The translations under genes were made by a program, and so were the position numbers. Shown one piece after another: positions 25,258-39,600 of a stretch of DNA of 64,000 nucleotides (within the stretch, counting starts at the first letter, position 1; the number at the start of each line of letters is the position of its first letter). The notes under the pieces were generated by a model. That model did no database searches. It was given only the letters and a program-made list of their open reading frames with translations, and had not been told where the DNA came from. The stretch is taken from positions 124,001-188,000 of the forward strand of contig CT868650.1 of the NCBI GenBank assembly GCA_000165425.1. Direction: 5' to 3'. The DNA comes from Paramecium tetraurelia (taxonomy: Eukaryota).

Positions 25258-26752
25258 TCATTTTTACTCAATGACACTTTCCTTCTGTTGTTCAACTTCC
25301 TTCTATTGTGTATTCTCCTTCCCCGCTTCCACAATCTTGCTCTGTAATAAAGTATTGGCCTCCTTCTCCTCAACACTCCAAATTTCAATGCATGTTAACT
25401 TAATTAATAAATAGAAATGCCATACATTCAAGAATTCAATATGAGGTTCCAATATATAGCCCATCTCATAAGTGAGATCACATTAATTATTGATCCTGCA
25501 AGTAGCATTACCCTTAAGATTTTCATCGAGCCATATTCTATGATTTCCTTTTCCATCTCCTCCAAATGCCAATCCCAAAGGTTGATCAACCTTGAAAGAT
25601 CTGTTGTTTATATAAGCAAAACATTATTTCGATCTTTGATCAAAAGTACTCATAAATAGTTAATATTTTGGGAGCAATGAAAATAAGAAGCTCTTTTCAT
25701 CTCCAAAATACAAACTCTTAGGATCATTATCACTATAAAGAATATTCAAAGGATCCTTGAGTTTTCTCCTGATGTAATGAGTTTCGAGTGTTGGATCAAT
25801 AGAGATATAGGCTCCAAATACTTGTTGTTAGAAAGTGTCATTTTATGCTTAATAAGATTGATAATAAATATTTACATTCATCTTCTCTATTTCTGAATAT
25901 GAACAACAATGGTTTCTGAGCATTTATTACAATATCTGCAATGTGATCCATGTCATCTTCACTCACAGATGATGAGAATTGCAATTATAATTATTTGATT
26001 TTACTGAAATCAGGAGAACTCAATTAAAGTAATGCCAACACCTAATCATTCAAGATAAAACTGGAAGTATTCAATCTTGGTATTTGAATCTGAGATTGCT
26101 CTCCCAGAAATTTCACATTAAAATAATGTTTACATAATTTGTTAGCATAGATCAACTAAGCTTTGGCCATACTAACAAATTGATTGAATGGCATTTCATC
26201 TTTTTAATCAAATATAGTATTTGTAACTGATCTGGCAGCCAAATCATTTCTCTAAGAATTTGTTATTTAACCTCCTGAATAAATATTCAATAATTCCCTC
26301 AGAACAATGCTCCCTTGTGAATATGATACAGCAAATCTATAATAACTACTATTAATTAACTACCTGTTTATGGAGTCCTTGTCATTTTCCAAACATTCCA
26401 AACTGATCAAGGCAAACAATTCAAACTTCTCTAAATTTCTAAACTTATAGTCACTCAGATAATAATCCTTCAATTCCTTAAGTAGTAACTCCACTAAACA
26501 TCATAACTAGAACTTACATAACCCAACAAAGTTAGTATAATCAACAGAGTGATTTGGACTTCGCTCAACCATCCAGTTGAACAATTTAATTGAAAAGTCT
26601 GGGTTTTCAGGGAAGTGCGATAGAAAAGATCTTTCCACAAGATCTTTGCCTCCATTCAGACCTGCAAACAACTTTTCTAGTTATTACAGCTATTCAGGGG
26701 TGAAAGCAACCTTTGCATGTTTAGTGATCTCTTTAGATTTGGAATTTCCCAT
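25258..26752 (-). CDS. N-myristoylated TLDc-domain protein (MEAK7/TLDC1-like)
   Basis: MGNSKS N-terminus; TLDc motifs LYFGDEKSFLFSLLP, FAYIN, GLAFGGDGKGNHRIWLDENL, TYEMG, IEIWSV. Confidence 0.8.
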
Positions 26753-26809
26753 ATAAATTTATTGTAATTGTGAAACCAATTAAATATATATATATATATC
26801 TATGACTAC

Positions 26810-28135
26810 TCACAATGCTCTACTAAAAGCTTAGATTCCTGTTATTCCTCTACCCAAAATTAATGCATGAATATCTGATGCTCCTTCATAGGTATTCACA
26901 GTCTCTAAATTGACCATATGTCTAATCACTTGATACTCGTCACTAATGCCATTTCCTCCCATAATATCTCTGCATTCTCTGGCTATCTTCAAGGCAATTG
27001 CTAATCAAATATATATATGATGTATTACCACATGAATTTCTCTTAATTAATGATACTTATTCTGTTGCTAATTAATCATTCTCCTTTAATCTACTCACTT
27101 ATAGTACTGCTTATTAGGCCAATGCAATATCAGTTACCATTTCAGCAAACTTCTTCTAAATCAATTGGAATGATGCCAAATTTGCATCAAATTACTTTCT
27201 ATCCAAGGCATATTGACGAGTATGATGAAAACAGAATTCAGCTGCTCCCAAAGTTCCCCATGCAATTCCAAATCTTGCATTATTCAAACAGGAAAATGGA
27301 CCTTTCAATCCCTTTACTGTTGTAAACATATTTTCTTATGGGACTTTCACATTGTCCATAATAATCTGCCCTGTTATTGAAGATCTCAATGACAATTTTC
27401 CTTCTATCTTTGGTGTAGATAGACCTTTCATTCCCTTCTCTAACACAAATCCTCTTATGTCTCCCTTTTCATCCTTTGCCCAAATCACAAACACATCAGC
27501 TATTGGTGAATTTGTAATCCAACTCTTAGTACCATTCAATATATAATAATTGTCTTTTTTCTTTGCATGGGACTTCATTGATCCAGGATCAGAACCTATA
27601 AATGAATTACATTTACTAATATACCATGATCAGGTTCAGTCAAACCAAAGGCACCAACATATTCTCCACTTGCTAATTTTGGAATGTATTTGTCTTTCAA
27701 TTCCTTTGATCCAAATTAATAGATTGGATGTATCACCAATGAACTTTATACTGATAGAGCAGACCTGTAACCTGAATCTACACGTTCGATTTCTTTGTTG
27801 ATCAAACCATAGGCTGTATAAGAAACCCCAGAAAGGTCATATTCTGAAATTGTGCATCCTAAGAATCCCAACTTTCCCATCTCTTTGTATATTTCTGGAT
27901 CAAAGTGCTCTTTACTGAATGCCTCTCTGATTCTTGGCTGCAACTAGGATTGAGCATAATTGGCTGCTTAATCTCTAATCTTAAACATGATTAAACTATT
28001 TACCAGCTTCTCCTCACTTGTTAATTAGCTTTCTAGATTCAGGGGGTCTTTGAAATTGAAAGGCACAAACTTCTCTGATGCAAACTACCTAATTTGTTTG
28101 TTGAACAACGATTTTAATAAATTGCTTTTGCGCAT
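26810..28135 (-). CDS. GCDH: Mitochondrial glutaryl-CoA dehydrogenase
   Basis: [121 protein letters not shown]. Confidence 0.95.
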
Positions 28136-28579
28136 TATTTTTAATTATTTGTAATATTATTAGAGATTATTTGCCTTAATAAATACCAATAGATACTAAG
28201 TTTTCAAATATTATTTATAACTAAAATTTATAATATAATAATTCTTAAACTTTAAGATTTAAAAATGCTCATAACCAAATGAGGCATCTTCAAATAGAAG
28301 ATGAGCAGATTTCTATTTTCATCTAAATAAATGTATAAATAACATTTATAAAAGTCTTTCTTTTTTCTTTAATTTAATAAGAAATATATATTATAAGTTC
28401 CATAGAAATTGAATAGAAACTTAAATTTAAAAGTAATACTAATAAAATAACAAGTTAATTCGAAATGAATAGATATTCGTAATAATTAACAGAAACTCAA
28501 AATTTATATGGAATATAAAAGAACTTTTGAGTTTGATTGGTAAAATAAATGTATGTGATTTATTCTTTTTATATGTATC

Positions 28580-30323
28580 TCATTTGAATAATGCAGAAAA
28601 TTCTTAAAAGTCTACTAAATTGTCTTAATTTTTGTCAACAAGCTTAAAAACAAGACTTGATTCCTCAAGTGTTGATGAATTATCCATCACTTTACATAAT
28701 TGTTAAAATTCACCCAGTTCTAGCTTTTAATTCTTATTTTTATCAAAGTTTTGGAAGATTTATTCAACCTTTAAATTATTTTATTTTACAATTCTCACTA
28801 ATTCTGAAAGTATTTTCTAAAGATTAATAATATAGATACATTTGCTTTTTCTTTAGCTGGGTTAAATTATGAATCTTGGTCAGTTCCATATGAGAGTTCT
28901 CTCTTGAATTCCTCAAAGCTGATTTTTTTATCATTATTTTTATCAAATTTTGTGAATACTACTTAAATCTCTTCATTTTTCAATGCTGGAGCAACAATAT
29001 GACACAATTTAGTGAATTCATCAAAATCTAAATCACCTTGTTTATCTTTATCAAAATTCTTGAAAATATCCTCAATTTTCAAATTATTAGCTTTGATAAT
29101 TTCTTTTAGATCAACAATAAGTCTCTCAGCGATATCCTTCAAATTAGAGTAATCATAATCACAAAACAATTTTTTAAACTCATCAATGCTTACTTTTTGA
29201 TCACCACTTTTGTCTACCAATTTAAATAAATGTTCCGACTCTTTGTTTGTTACTCTTGGGTCTAACGCTTGAATAAAATTATTAAATTCATTTAAATCTA
29301 AATATCCACCTTTATCTTAATCAAATGTCTTGAATTGTTACTCAACATTTAAGTTCTTAGCTTAGATAATCTTTTAGATATTGGCTAAGATTTGTTTGGA
29401 AACTTCATCGACTTAGAAGTTATCCTACATTATAAATGTAATTTTTACATATTTTCTATCTTCTTATGAAATCTTAAGCACTTCATGTTTGAAAACCTCA
29501 TTCCAACCCACTCTTTAATTCTCATCAACAGTTAAACACTTTTTTATGAAATCTTTGAATTATTCTGAAACTTTTTTTTCAATTGGGAACTTTAATGGAG
29601 AAGATTTAATATTTAACAGATATGAGTTGATATCTCTGCAAGGCCAAGGCTATCTACCATAGAGCATCTCATAAGCCATCACTCCAATAGACCAAATGTC
29701 ACATTTTGCAGTGTATGCAGTATTTTGAAGGAGTTAGGGTGCCATGTAAATTGGAGTTCCAACACAATCTCTTATTAGTTGTCTCCCTGTAATATCAGCT
29801 TTGGTAGCAAATCCGAAGTCAGCAACCTTATGAACATTCTTGTGAATAAGGGAATTCTCTGGCTTGATGTCTCTATGGATATACCCCCCTTTTATCATCT
29901 CCTAGAATCCAAGCATCAATTATTGCATCACTGATTAAGCTAATGCCTCTTCAAGCATTCCTCCATGTCTACTCAGAAAGTGTCTTAAGTCACCACCATC
30001 GCAAAGTTCAATAATCAATACCTATTAGAAGTTATCAAATAATCTATACTGTCTATTTTGCATCACCAAATGTTTCAATAAGTTTGACAATATTTGGATG
30101 TTAAAGTTATTTCATGATTTCTATTTCCTTATGCAAAGCATCAATCATAAACTAATCATCAAACAAAGTCATATCCATAACTAACTTATAAATACACAGA
30201 AATACTTTTTATAGCTACAGCTTCTCCACTTTTAGTGTCTTTCCCTTTGTAAACTCTACCAAATGAGCCACGACCTAACAAATCTTTTTCAAGGTATTAG
30301 AATCTATTCTATAATGTTTACAT
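28580..30323 (-). CDS. Ser/Thr protein kinase with six C-terminal EF-hands
   Basis: LGRGSFGRVYKG, VAIK, HRDIKPEN, KVADFGFA, VGTPIYMAPQ, CDIWSIG. EF loops DQDKGGYLDLNE, DKSGDQKVSIDE, DKDKQGDLDFDE, DKNNDKKISFEE, DKNKNQKLELGE, DKNQDNLVDFQE. Confidence 0.9.
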
Positions 30324-31305
30324 AATTTAATTATTTATTTATTTCAATGGAAAAACTAGATAAATTATACATAAATAAACTTATTATTTGTCTGTTATTT
30401 CAAGAACTTAATATACTTTATCATTCTATTTTGTTTTTTGTTAATTTTTGTTTAATTTTTTCATTTTTAGCGGAACTTTTGCTTGTTCTTATTTAAATTT
30501 GATTGTAAATTCTAATATTGTTTGATGAAGTTTTTCTCGTTTCTTAAAATTTATTACATTCATTTGAGTTTTAGTGTTATTAGTATCTTTAATTGATAAT
30601 AATGGTCTATATTTTTTACAAGTCCTCTATTAATTTCTGAAATAGACAATTCAAAAATATTGTATAAGCTTCTTTTAATCTTTTATTTAGTTTTAAAATT
30701 GTCTGTCAAATTCTTATAATTAAAATTTATTAAGTTTATGAAAATTCTCATGACTCTGTTTAAGGGGATAAAAATTCATATTCCCAAATTGTCAAAACTA
30801 AAATATATAAACAAAGTCAAAAGCTATTTTCCAAAAAAGACTGTTTCTTATTTGATTGTACAATTTTCTATATATGTATAAACCATTTCTTATGAGCAAT
30901 TCTTTAACTTTCAATGTTGATTCAATTAATGTTGTTTGTTAATTGTAAAATGATGATTGGAATAAATATATTTGTATTTATCTTATTGATAAAAAAAATA
31001 ATCCTTCAGAATTAAAAGTATATAAATTACAGATTTTAATTTAATGTAACAAATGGAAATTATAATAAGTACAAAATCACTTTGAAATAATCAAGGGTAA
31101 AGAATTCATATTTACTAGTAATAGTATATTGGCTTGATTCTTTTAGTTACTCCTGTTACGTAATTTATTAATTTATATTTATATATTCAATCTATTTTGA
31201 AATACATCGATATTCTTGAGAGGAATTAAATGATTTAATTGAAATATATGAGTTATTACAAATTGAATGCGATGAATCCAAAAATTATTTATTTTTAATT
31301 AATTA

Positions 31306-34300
31306 ATGAACGTACGCTTTTAAAAAATGTTAAATTACTTCTTGGAATTATACATCAAAAATGAAGAACAATTAGTAATTTTTCCAAGATCTCTTGTTTT
31401 GTTGTTGAGGATTTAATCATCATTACTAAGCTTATCATATATTTATGGAACAGAAATCAATTCATATGTTACATTATTGAGTGAGTTTGCAAGACCTCAA
31501 TAATTTTTCGCCTCTTTAGACACTGCCTAATATATAATTTTGGTAATGTGTAATTTGTACATCATAAATTTGTTCTCAATAAATGCTCATAGCAAACATA
31601 TAGGAGTATTCGGATAATTGTTAAGAAGCAGTTTATTAAATTTTTTTTTTGAATATAGCACAGGATAAATAAAGATACTTACTCATTCATTTTTAATCCT
31701 CATTTCATTTAGTGAAACAATAGTTTTATCTGGCACATTAAATGCCAATACAACAAATTTTTAACACACGCGATTTTCATTCTTAGATTTTATTTTGGCT
31801 ATTTTGAATTACATCATTATGATCATCTATTCATATTACGACTCATATAACGTTATCGTAGTGTTGGCTTTGGCGATCAACATTTTAAAGGCACTAAATT
31901 TAATTATATTTTCTCCTCTGAAGAACCTTTATACTAAATCTATTTTACTTACGATAAATCTTTATACATTGTTTATAGGACTACTGAAGGTTGCATCTCT
32001 GAACAAGGGATTTACAAGTGAAATCGTACTAATCCCATTCGTTTTCAATGTGACGCTTGCCTATTATTAAAGATAGTTTAAGCAGAGGGTTTTTAATTGC
32101 AAAAATGGTAATTGTAAGGTGATTAATGTTTTACTATACCTTGACAACATCAAAGACATCAAAACAATTAAGGTCGAAAAACCTTAATCTGCCAAGGAGA
32201 GAATCATCTATTCAAGCATTCTCATGTTGTAAGGACAAGATTATGAAGCATATTTGGAATTAAATTCGATACCAGAAGTGTAGTTAAATATTTTAGAGAA
32301 GTTTAAAAGGAAAGTGATTTTAAAGTAATGTATAACTAAGATTGATTGCAAGATCTAAGTTGAATCTAATTAACAACACAAGATCGCTTTAGCAGTATCT
32401 TCTCTAATGCAGAGTGAAGAATCAAATTTATTAATAAGAAACGATATACTTAGCATTTTAAGAGATAAGATAGCTTGTTAATAGTTATTGATGCAAAGTT
32501 AGACCTATAGCAATTACACAACTTATCTTCGTTTTGTAGAGAAGGCCTTAAATTTACAAAAAAAACTAGAAAAACAATACGCAGATTTTCCTTGTGATAA
32601 GACCCAAAGTATACTAGGATTTTATTACGCAGAAATCATTAATGATTTTCTTTAGACTAACTAACTTTTCAGTATTATTGCACTTTCTGATGAGAAAATC
32701 AAAAGAGTGGGAACATACTAAGATGTATTTTCAAACAGGATGATTTATTTAACATCCAAATTCTCCCATACTTTAGTAATAACAAGATGTTCCAATGATG
32801 CAAGTTAATTTCTACACAAAACTAATGAGCAACTATAAGGCAAATCTATAAATTGTTTGATTCCCCCTGGAATTGCAGAACATCATGATAAATTTGTTTT
32901 TCAATTCTTATAAACAGGATAAGCTAAATTTATGAGAAAAATCAATTCAAGTTATCTGTACTATTTGCAATAAAACATAGTGACACAAATTGAATTTGTT
33001 TTTGATGTTAATTTGCTTAATGATTTCAGTTTTATATCATTCATTTAACCAACATCAAATTAATAAATGTTTCTCATTTTAGACTAAAATTAAAAAATAT
33101 CTAGTCTAAGTGAAGGATTGGTAGTTGAATTGGGAACGAAAATCCCACTCCACAGTTACATAGGAGTCAATATCAAGAAGGTTTTACCTGATTTTCCTCT
33201 TATAATTAGTGGAACTTAATATATAGAAAATGCAGAAGCTCAATTTTCTAAATTGAACGAGGAAGTTTAATTAAGTACAGGTTCATCCTAACTTGTAACT
33301 CTGATTACTTCATATACTGCAATGCCATGCACATTTCAAGGCGAACAGTTATATTATATCCTCACCTTTGACTTTTTCAAAAAACCTAGTTACTAATCAT
33401 AACCAAGCATTTCCCATATAAGTCCCACTTATAGTCCCAAAAAAGAAGACTAAGAGTTCAATTTTTTCACTTTAGTTAATTAAGAAAGTAAGGTCAAAAT
33501 TCCTTATCATGACATTTGTAGTTTTAAAAAAAACACCAATTCATTTTATTAAATTCAATTGAAGGGAAGCCAATAGGAAGCAATCGAATAGTCTGAATAA
33601 AATGAAGTCAAATTGTTTTCTTATTTAGAACATACTAATTTAATTAGTCCTAGCAGATGCAATGAGAATTTACTTGCTTAATAATAATATTTTTCAAAAT
33701 CCAAATCTCGTAAATATATACTTTAAATCTCCGGCAAAGATTAAGATTAGTATAGTAATGAGAAATAACAGGCCTTCCAAGATGATAGATCCTCTCAAAT
33801 TTCAAGTTTATAAGGTGCCAGAAGATCTAAGTTTTATAAGAAATATGAGATTTTTGCCAAAATTAATGAATCAGACAGTTTTTCCAAAAACCATAAACTA
33901 TTCATTATAATGCTTCTTCTTTGCATCATAATTCAATTTTCAATCCAAATCATAGTAATTTTTATCTAATATCAACTAGTAATTGACAGAAATCAACTCA
34001 AATTTAGAAGGACTTGCATCTGATATAGACCTGCTTTAAATAAAGAATTTTATATTCCAGCCCTTAGAAACATTTCTAGTAACCAGATGGGCAATAGTCA
34101 ATTATAACTTATTAAGAGATTAAAAATAAATTAATTTAACACAGTATGTCGAATTAATTAAATTCCCAAGAGCAAATCTGAATTTGGGTTACGATTCATT
34201 AGATCAGAATCTCAAGAAAGCATTTAATAGACCTGAATTATAAGAATTTTTAAAGAATACTTATTTGGAAGTATATGTTTATGTCAAAACAAACTAAGGT

Positions 34301-35690
34301 GAAATCTATAACATATCCCTAAGAAATAGCATTAATATTTTAATAAATTATTAATACACCTTTAAAATGGCTTATATTTTGGATGGATCAGCAGTAGCTG
34401 ATAGTCCTTACGTATATTTTTAATACAGAAATTATTTGCCTATAAAAGAGAAATTCTCAAATCTTAATGAAATAGTTTTGATCGACACTATGTAGAGAGC
34501 AACTAATATCAATGATTAAGTGAGGGTCATTTTTATTATAAGCATAACGATTCTGATTGCTTTTTTATGTTTAACACTTCTATATTTTATCAGAATTACT
34601 AGAAATATCAATAAGTACTATGTTCTAATGTAGAATATCTCCAATTAATATATTGAAAACGACCTGACTCGGTTAAAGAGTCTATCTGAGAAAATCAGCA
34701 AAGATCAAAACCTATTATTTAAATATTAATTTAGCTTATCTGAGAAGGAAAAGTTCTTCGAAACTATAGTTGATAGGAATAGTACAATGAGAAGAATCAA
34801 TTAGAAGTTACAATCTGTCAGCATGCAGGAAATTTATTATTATATATTTATTTTCACAACTATATTACTAATAGGTGGAAATGCTATCTTAACTTTTTTT
34901 GAAGGTTAAACATATTTAAACAAATATCCAGCCACGTCGCGCTTTTATAAAGCAGTTTCTGATATTGGCACTGATGTACCTACTATGTATGCTCAAAGAG
35001 ATGTACTTTATGGGAGAGCTAATTTCCCCTTTTATACTTAAGTCGATATTGAAAACATTTTAAATGAAATTCAAATGGCTATCAATCGAACTCAACTATT
35101 TTCTAGTGAAGATTACGATTTCGATAAGTAATTTATGCTATTAGTTTAGTTTCCTTGTATCAGATTCATTCAAAGAATACTTTTAAACTTTGTAGGATTA
35201 AGATTTATGTGATTATATTCCAGATGAATTGCAAGAGCGTTCTAAAACTCTCTGTCCTTTGGTAATGAGCCAGAATATGAAGAGAGGATTAAAGGCAGTC
35301 TTAATTTATATAATCAATTTCATTAAGACAGATATGGAAATCAATAAGTTTTAAGTGAGAACCTAAGCTAGTTTTTTAGAATTGGAGGGAGGATTTTTAG
35401 TCTCAAATCTTATTAAACTCATTAATGATAAGTTTAATGTGGATTTGATGAATTAAACCAAGTACTATATCTCAACAATTAATGTAATCAATTATTAAAT
35501 TTAGATACACAATATAATAGTTTTAATTTTACTATTCTTCATTGCACAAATCATTCTAACAGTTGTAGTCCAAAGATTAGCATACAAATATCATCTTGTC
35601 AAAAGATTAACTTACTTATTACCTCAAAGAACTTTATTATTCGATGATGTTTACGAAAGAAACATCCGATAATTATTATAGCAACAATGA
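31306..35690 (+). CDS. Large multi-pass membrane protein with a central PAS domain (ciliate PAS/TmcB-like family)
   Basis: N-terminal hydrophobic helices; ITRCSNDASQFLHKTNEQLQGKSINCLIPPGIAEHHDKFVFQFLQTGQAKF (PAS, about 32770-32940); further TM pairs; C-terminal YLLPQRTLLFDDVYERNIRQ. Confidence 0.8.
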
Positions 35691-36279
35691 AATTATTAGA
35701 AATTTTGATCTCTTAAATTATAATCTTTTAGTTAAAGATCTATCTTTTTTTAGTGATTTTTAATTTTATAATGCAGTATTAAAGTTGTTATTAAGAATAA
35801 TTTCCTATTATTGGCTATAAAATTGTAGATCATTAAAATTTACTATCATTTCAAATTTCATATAAAACAATAGAGAAGAACGAACAAACTTTAAATATGC
35901 AATATATTAAAGCTCAATTGGCCCTTCTTTCCCTGTGTAAAAGAAAATTTTTTCTCATTTAAACATTAAATATAAATAATGGTTAAGTTGTATTAAATCA
36001 AAGAACAAAATAAGAATCTAAATTTAGGATATGAAATAATTCATAATAATTATGAGATTTCCAGTTCACAACATTATATGTTGATGCAAATAATTTTATT
36101 TAGAAAGTTTAAAGTTTAACTCATTTCTAATAAGCATAACAAAATGCAATATACTTTAACCATGTTATAAAATAAGTATCTTAGCAATGCTTTGGTCTGA
36201 GGAGCATGTGTTTTGGAAAACTGTATTTTTTATATAGATAATTTTATAGTCATTGTCACATAAAACACTAAATCAATTT

Positions 36280-36528
36280 TCAAATTATTGTGCAGTCACA
36301 AATTTGAGTTTTTTTGTTCATTTGTGGTTCCTCCAAATTATATTCTTTGAAATTTTCAACTATGTGAATTTCGAATAATGGACCATTGTTTGCTTGATCT
36401 CTAAAAATCACTTTATGGGAGTTATTTCCCTTTAAAATAGGATTATTAAAAGCGTCCTTTCTAGGTTTTAAGGCGGTGAGTGGAGGACTTATTTCAGTCA
36501 ATTAAACAGACCTTACATCAGCATTCAT
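36280..36528 (-). CDS. Small (82 aa) protein with RVxF-like motif and C-terminal CaaX box
   Basis: MNADVRSVQLTEISPP...RKDAFNNPILKGNNSHKVIFRDQ...IVENFKEYN...ICDCTII-TGA. Confidence 0.7.
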
Positions 36529-36659
36529 TTATAATATTTAATATTTTAAGATAAGTTTTGCAACTTCATGAAGAAATCAACGCTATGATGATGAAATAAT
36601 CAACTCAATCATTAAATAAAAACTATTCAGATAATAATTAAATAATTAAATATCACAAA

Positions 36660-39600
36660 TCACATCAATCCGAATCCTTCTGCATTTTCAAGAGAGATCT
36701 TCAACTTTTCTTTTAAGGTTTCCTTAACTTTATATTATGGTAACAATAAAACATTGAAACAAGTATGTGCTGATGGTAATTATTCAGTATCTAAATTTAA
36801 ATAGAGAAATACCTTCTCCATGTTTTTATATAACAAATTTAATAGATTTGAGTCCTCCAACAGGAATTCTATCTGAACCTGTGCAGAAGAATAAAAATCT
36901 TTTTTGCATTTCAACATTCAACGAATGGATGCAATTCCAAAAATACCTTTTGTATTGATATTTAAATACTTGATGTACTCCGAATTACTTTCATACCCAT
37001 CATATTTGGTTGATGCCTCCAAATCTTTCATATCAAAAGTTGGCAAACCAATAATCAATTGCTACAATTCTTCTCCTGAAAATAGCTATTTTAAATTAAT
37101 AAAATGAAAATCTACCTTTATTCCATCTCCATCAACTACTGTCTTAAATCCATCTTTCAATAAGTCGAATTACTTCTAAACCAACTTATTCAAATACCAA
37201 TCGATATACAATTATATATATTCCTCTCTATTTTAAATGGTGACATCAATCTAAAATCCATTAGGCTATTTTTCATCTATGTCATGAATACCTTTAAGTC
37301 TTCAAAATACGTTTCTCCCCACACCTAGTATGTGGCATTAAATGTCAGACCTAGACTCTCAACTACCTTTGGATCTGTCTATTCCCTTAGAAATTGGAAT
37401 CCAGTATAGACCTCCATATCTAATTCCTTAAGGTCCTCCTCTTTAACCTTCTCTCTCTACAACTTCTTAAATAGCACGGTTGGAAATCGAACATCCAATA
37501 ATACAGAGTTATAAAGAGATAATCCTAAGAGCTTTCCAATCAAAGAATAATAGATGGGCATTTCAAAGGATTGAGGGTTGAACCAAAATATAGTGTCATT
37601 GTTCTTTGGGATAAACATACCATAATCTGGAGTGATCAACTTCTCCATAATCAATCTGAAAAATTCTCTTTTTGGCCCTCCTTCATCAACCCCTTGTTCA
37701 TTAACAAATTAAATTTTAAGAGGATTCTTCAGAGATTAATTAGTTTACTGTAGCTATTTAATAGCAGACTCAATAATATTATCTCTTTCTATTGTTAAGG
37801 ATACATATTAAGGTAAAATACCGTATGTTCTCCTCCTTTAATCAAACTACTTTACTTTGCATTCGATGTAAATTAGCTTAGATTTGAACTCAAGTGGCAT
37901 AGACCAAGGGTATTGACAAAAAGTAAATGAGTAATTTCTCAAAATCTTTTAGTTGAACATTTAAAACTAAGTGAATTCCTCTCTATCTGCATCTACTTTG
38001 TAAAAATGTTATATGGAATTTATGATGAAGTCAGATGTTTTGATTCTGCGATTCCTGAGATTTGACTTGTATATCATACTGTATAATTCAAAGAGTCCTT
38101 TGAGTCTTTAGATATCATCAATATCTAGAAGCGGTCTTATGGGGGCATTTTACTATATTTTGATTTGCTCTTCAATCAAGGATTTTAACATTGATTATAA
38201 TTATATTATTCCAGAATTATCGAGTTTACTGAGCCATTTTGATAATTAATTTAACTGTTATTAACTTAATCTTCTAATAATTGTTAATAGTATTTAGGTT
38301 TTATCCTCTAGAATGTAATTTAGACTTCCTCTAAATTATAAAATTAGATAGAGTGCTCTAAGTTAATATAAATTTGTAAGTGGTTCAATATCTGCCACTT
38401 TCCTGCAGAATAAATTCTTAATGATTTGTATTGAGGCTTCTTTCTACTATTTCAATAATTTATCTGTGAATTGAATCAATAAAATGTTAACTTCTGGGTT
38501 TTCTTGATCAATCTAATAAACCCCTTAATTTTTATTGTAATTCTCCACAAATGAAATTCCAAATAATTCTAAAGATGCAGATATCTTCAATAAGTATTGA
38601 ATAATATCTATTTTATCATCCCTCTAATAAAATGGAAGTAAATTATTAGTTAGACCATTTTGTTTTGAACACATTAATTCCCATTTGACTTCCTCGTTTT
38701 CAATTAGAACTTAACAGATTCCTTTGATATCTTCCACTCCAAAACCCAAATCTAAATAGCCATTATTTAATTTGCATTGCGGAAACTCACATACTAATTA
38801 ACCACAACCCTATAAAGCAATTTCTAACAATAGTTCGTTGTCATACTCAATTGATTTTGTATATTTCGTAAACTACCAATCATTCATTTCAAAATCAAGG
38901 ATTAAACAATTATTTCTTTAACTTTGCAATTGAAATATCATCAAATTATCATCTAAAATATCTCCATCTACCTCTTTAGTTTTGGATATTTGTTAAATTA
39001 ATAACCCTTATTTAAAGGTTTTATGTCTTGGTTGCCAAATACGCACATTGTTAACCTTTTTAAGTTTGAATAACTCTTGAAATGTGTCTCTTAGTAAATT
39101 CTTCCATGCCTTGATCTCCGAGTTATAGTCTACTTACGCTATTACTGTTTATAGTTTATTATCAACAGGAGACCAATAAATCAAAGTAAACTTATTTTAA
39201 TTGGATATATACTCTTGCTAAATTAGGGAATATCTACTTTCTTTTAAGATTTTCATTATAGAACCCCACTCTAATTTGGGGTTCGGCTGATTAATAATTT
39301 CTTATAAAATATTCATAAACTTCTCTTAAAACCTATATTTCTATTAAATAAAGTACAATTTCATAATCCCATTCATTTTCCAAATAACGAATGGTAGAGT
39401 TATAAACATGGTCTTCGGGAAAGTACTTAAACAATTTCTTATTGCTAATTAAATCAGAATTGATTTTATCAGGCTATGCATATTTAAAATCAAAACTTTT
39501 TATCTGCTGTCTTTTTCATATTCTTCCATTTCCTCATCATAATCTACATAATGTTTCCATTATTTTATGAATTTTTTAGATATCAAATAGTACTCCTTCC

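Noticed and set aside
26782..26800. (TA)n run between the GCDH stop and the TLDc start
   Set aside because: Short microsatellite, unremarkable in such AT-rich DNA; no IES-like inverted ends recognised.
36185..36212. Small GC-richer hairpin (ATGCTT...GAGCAT) in intergenic DNA, possible ncRNA
   Set aside because: Only a 6-bp stem, with no C/D or H/ACA box pair and no tRNA fold that I could support.
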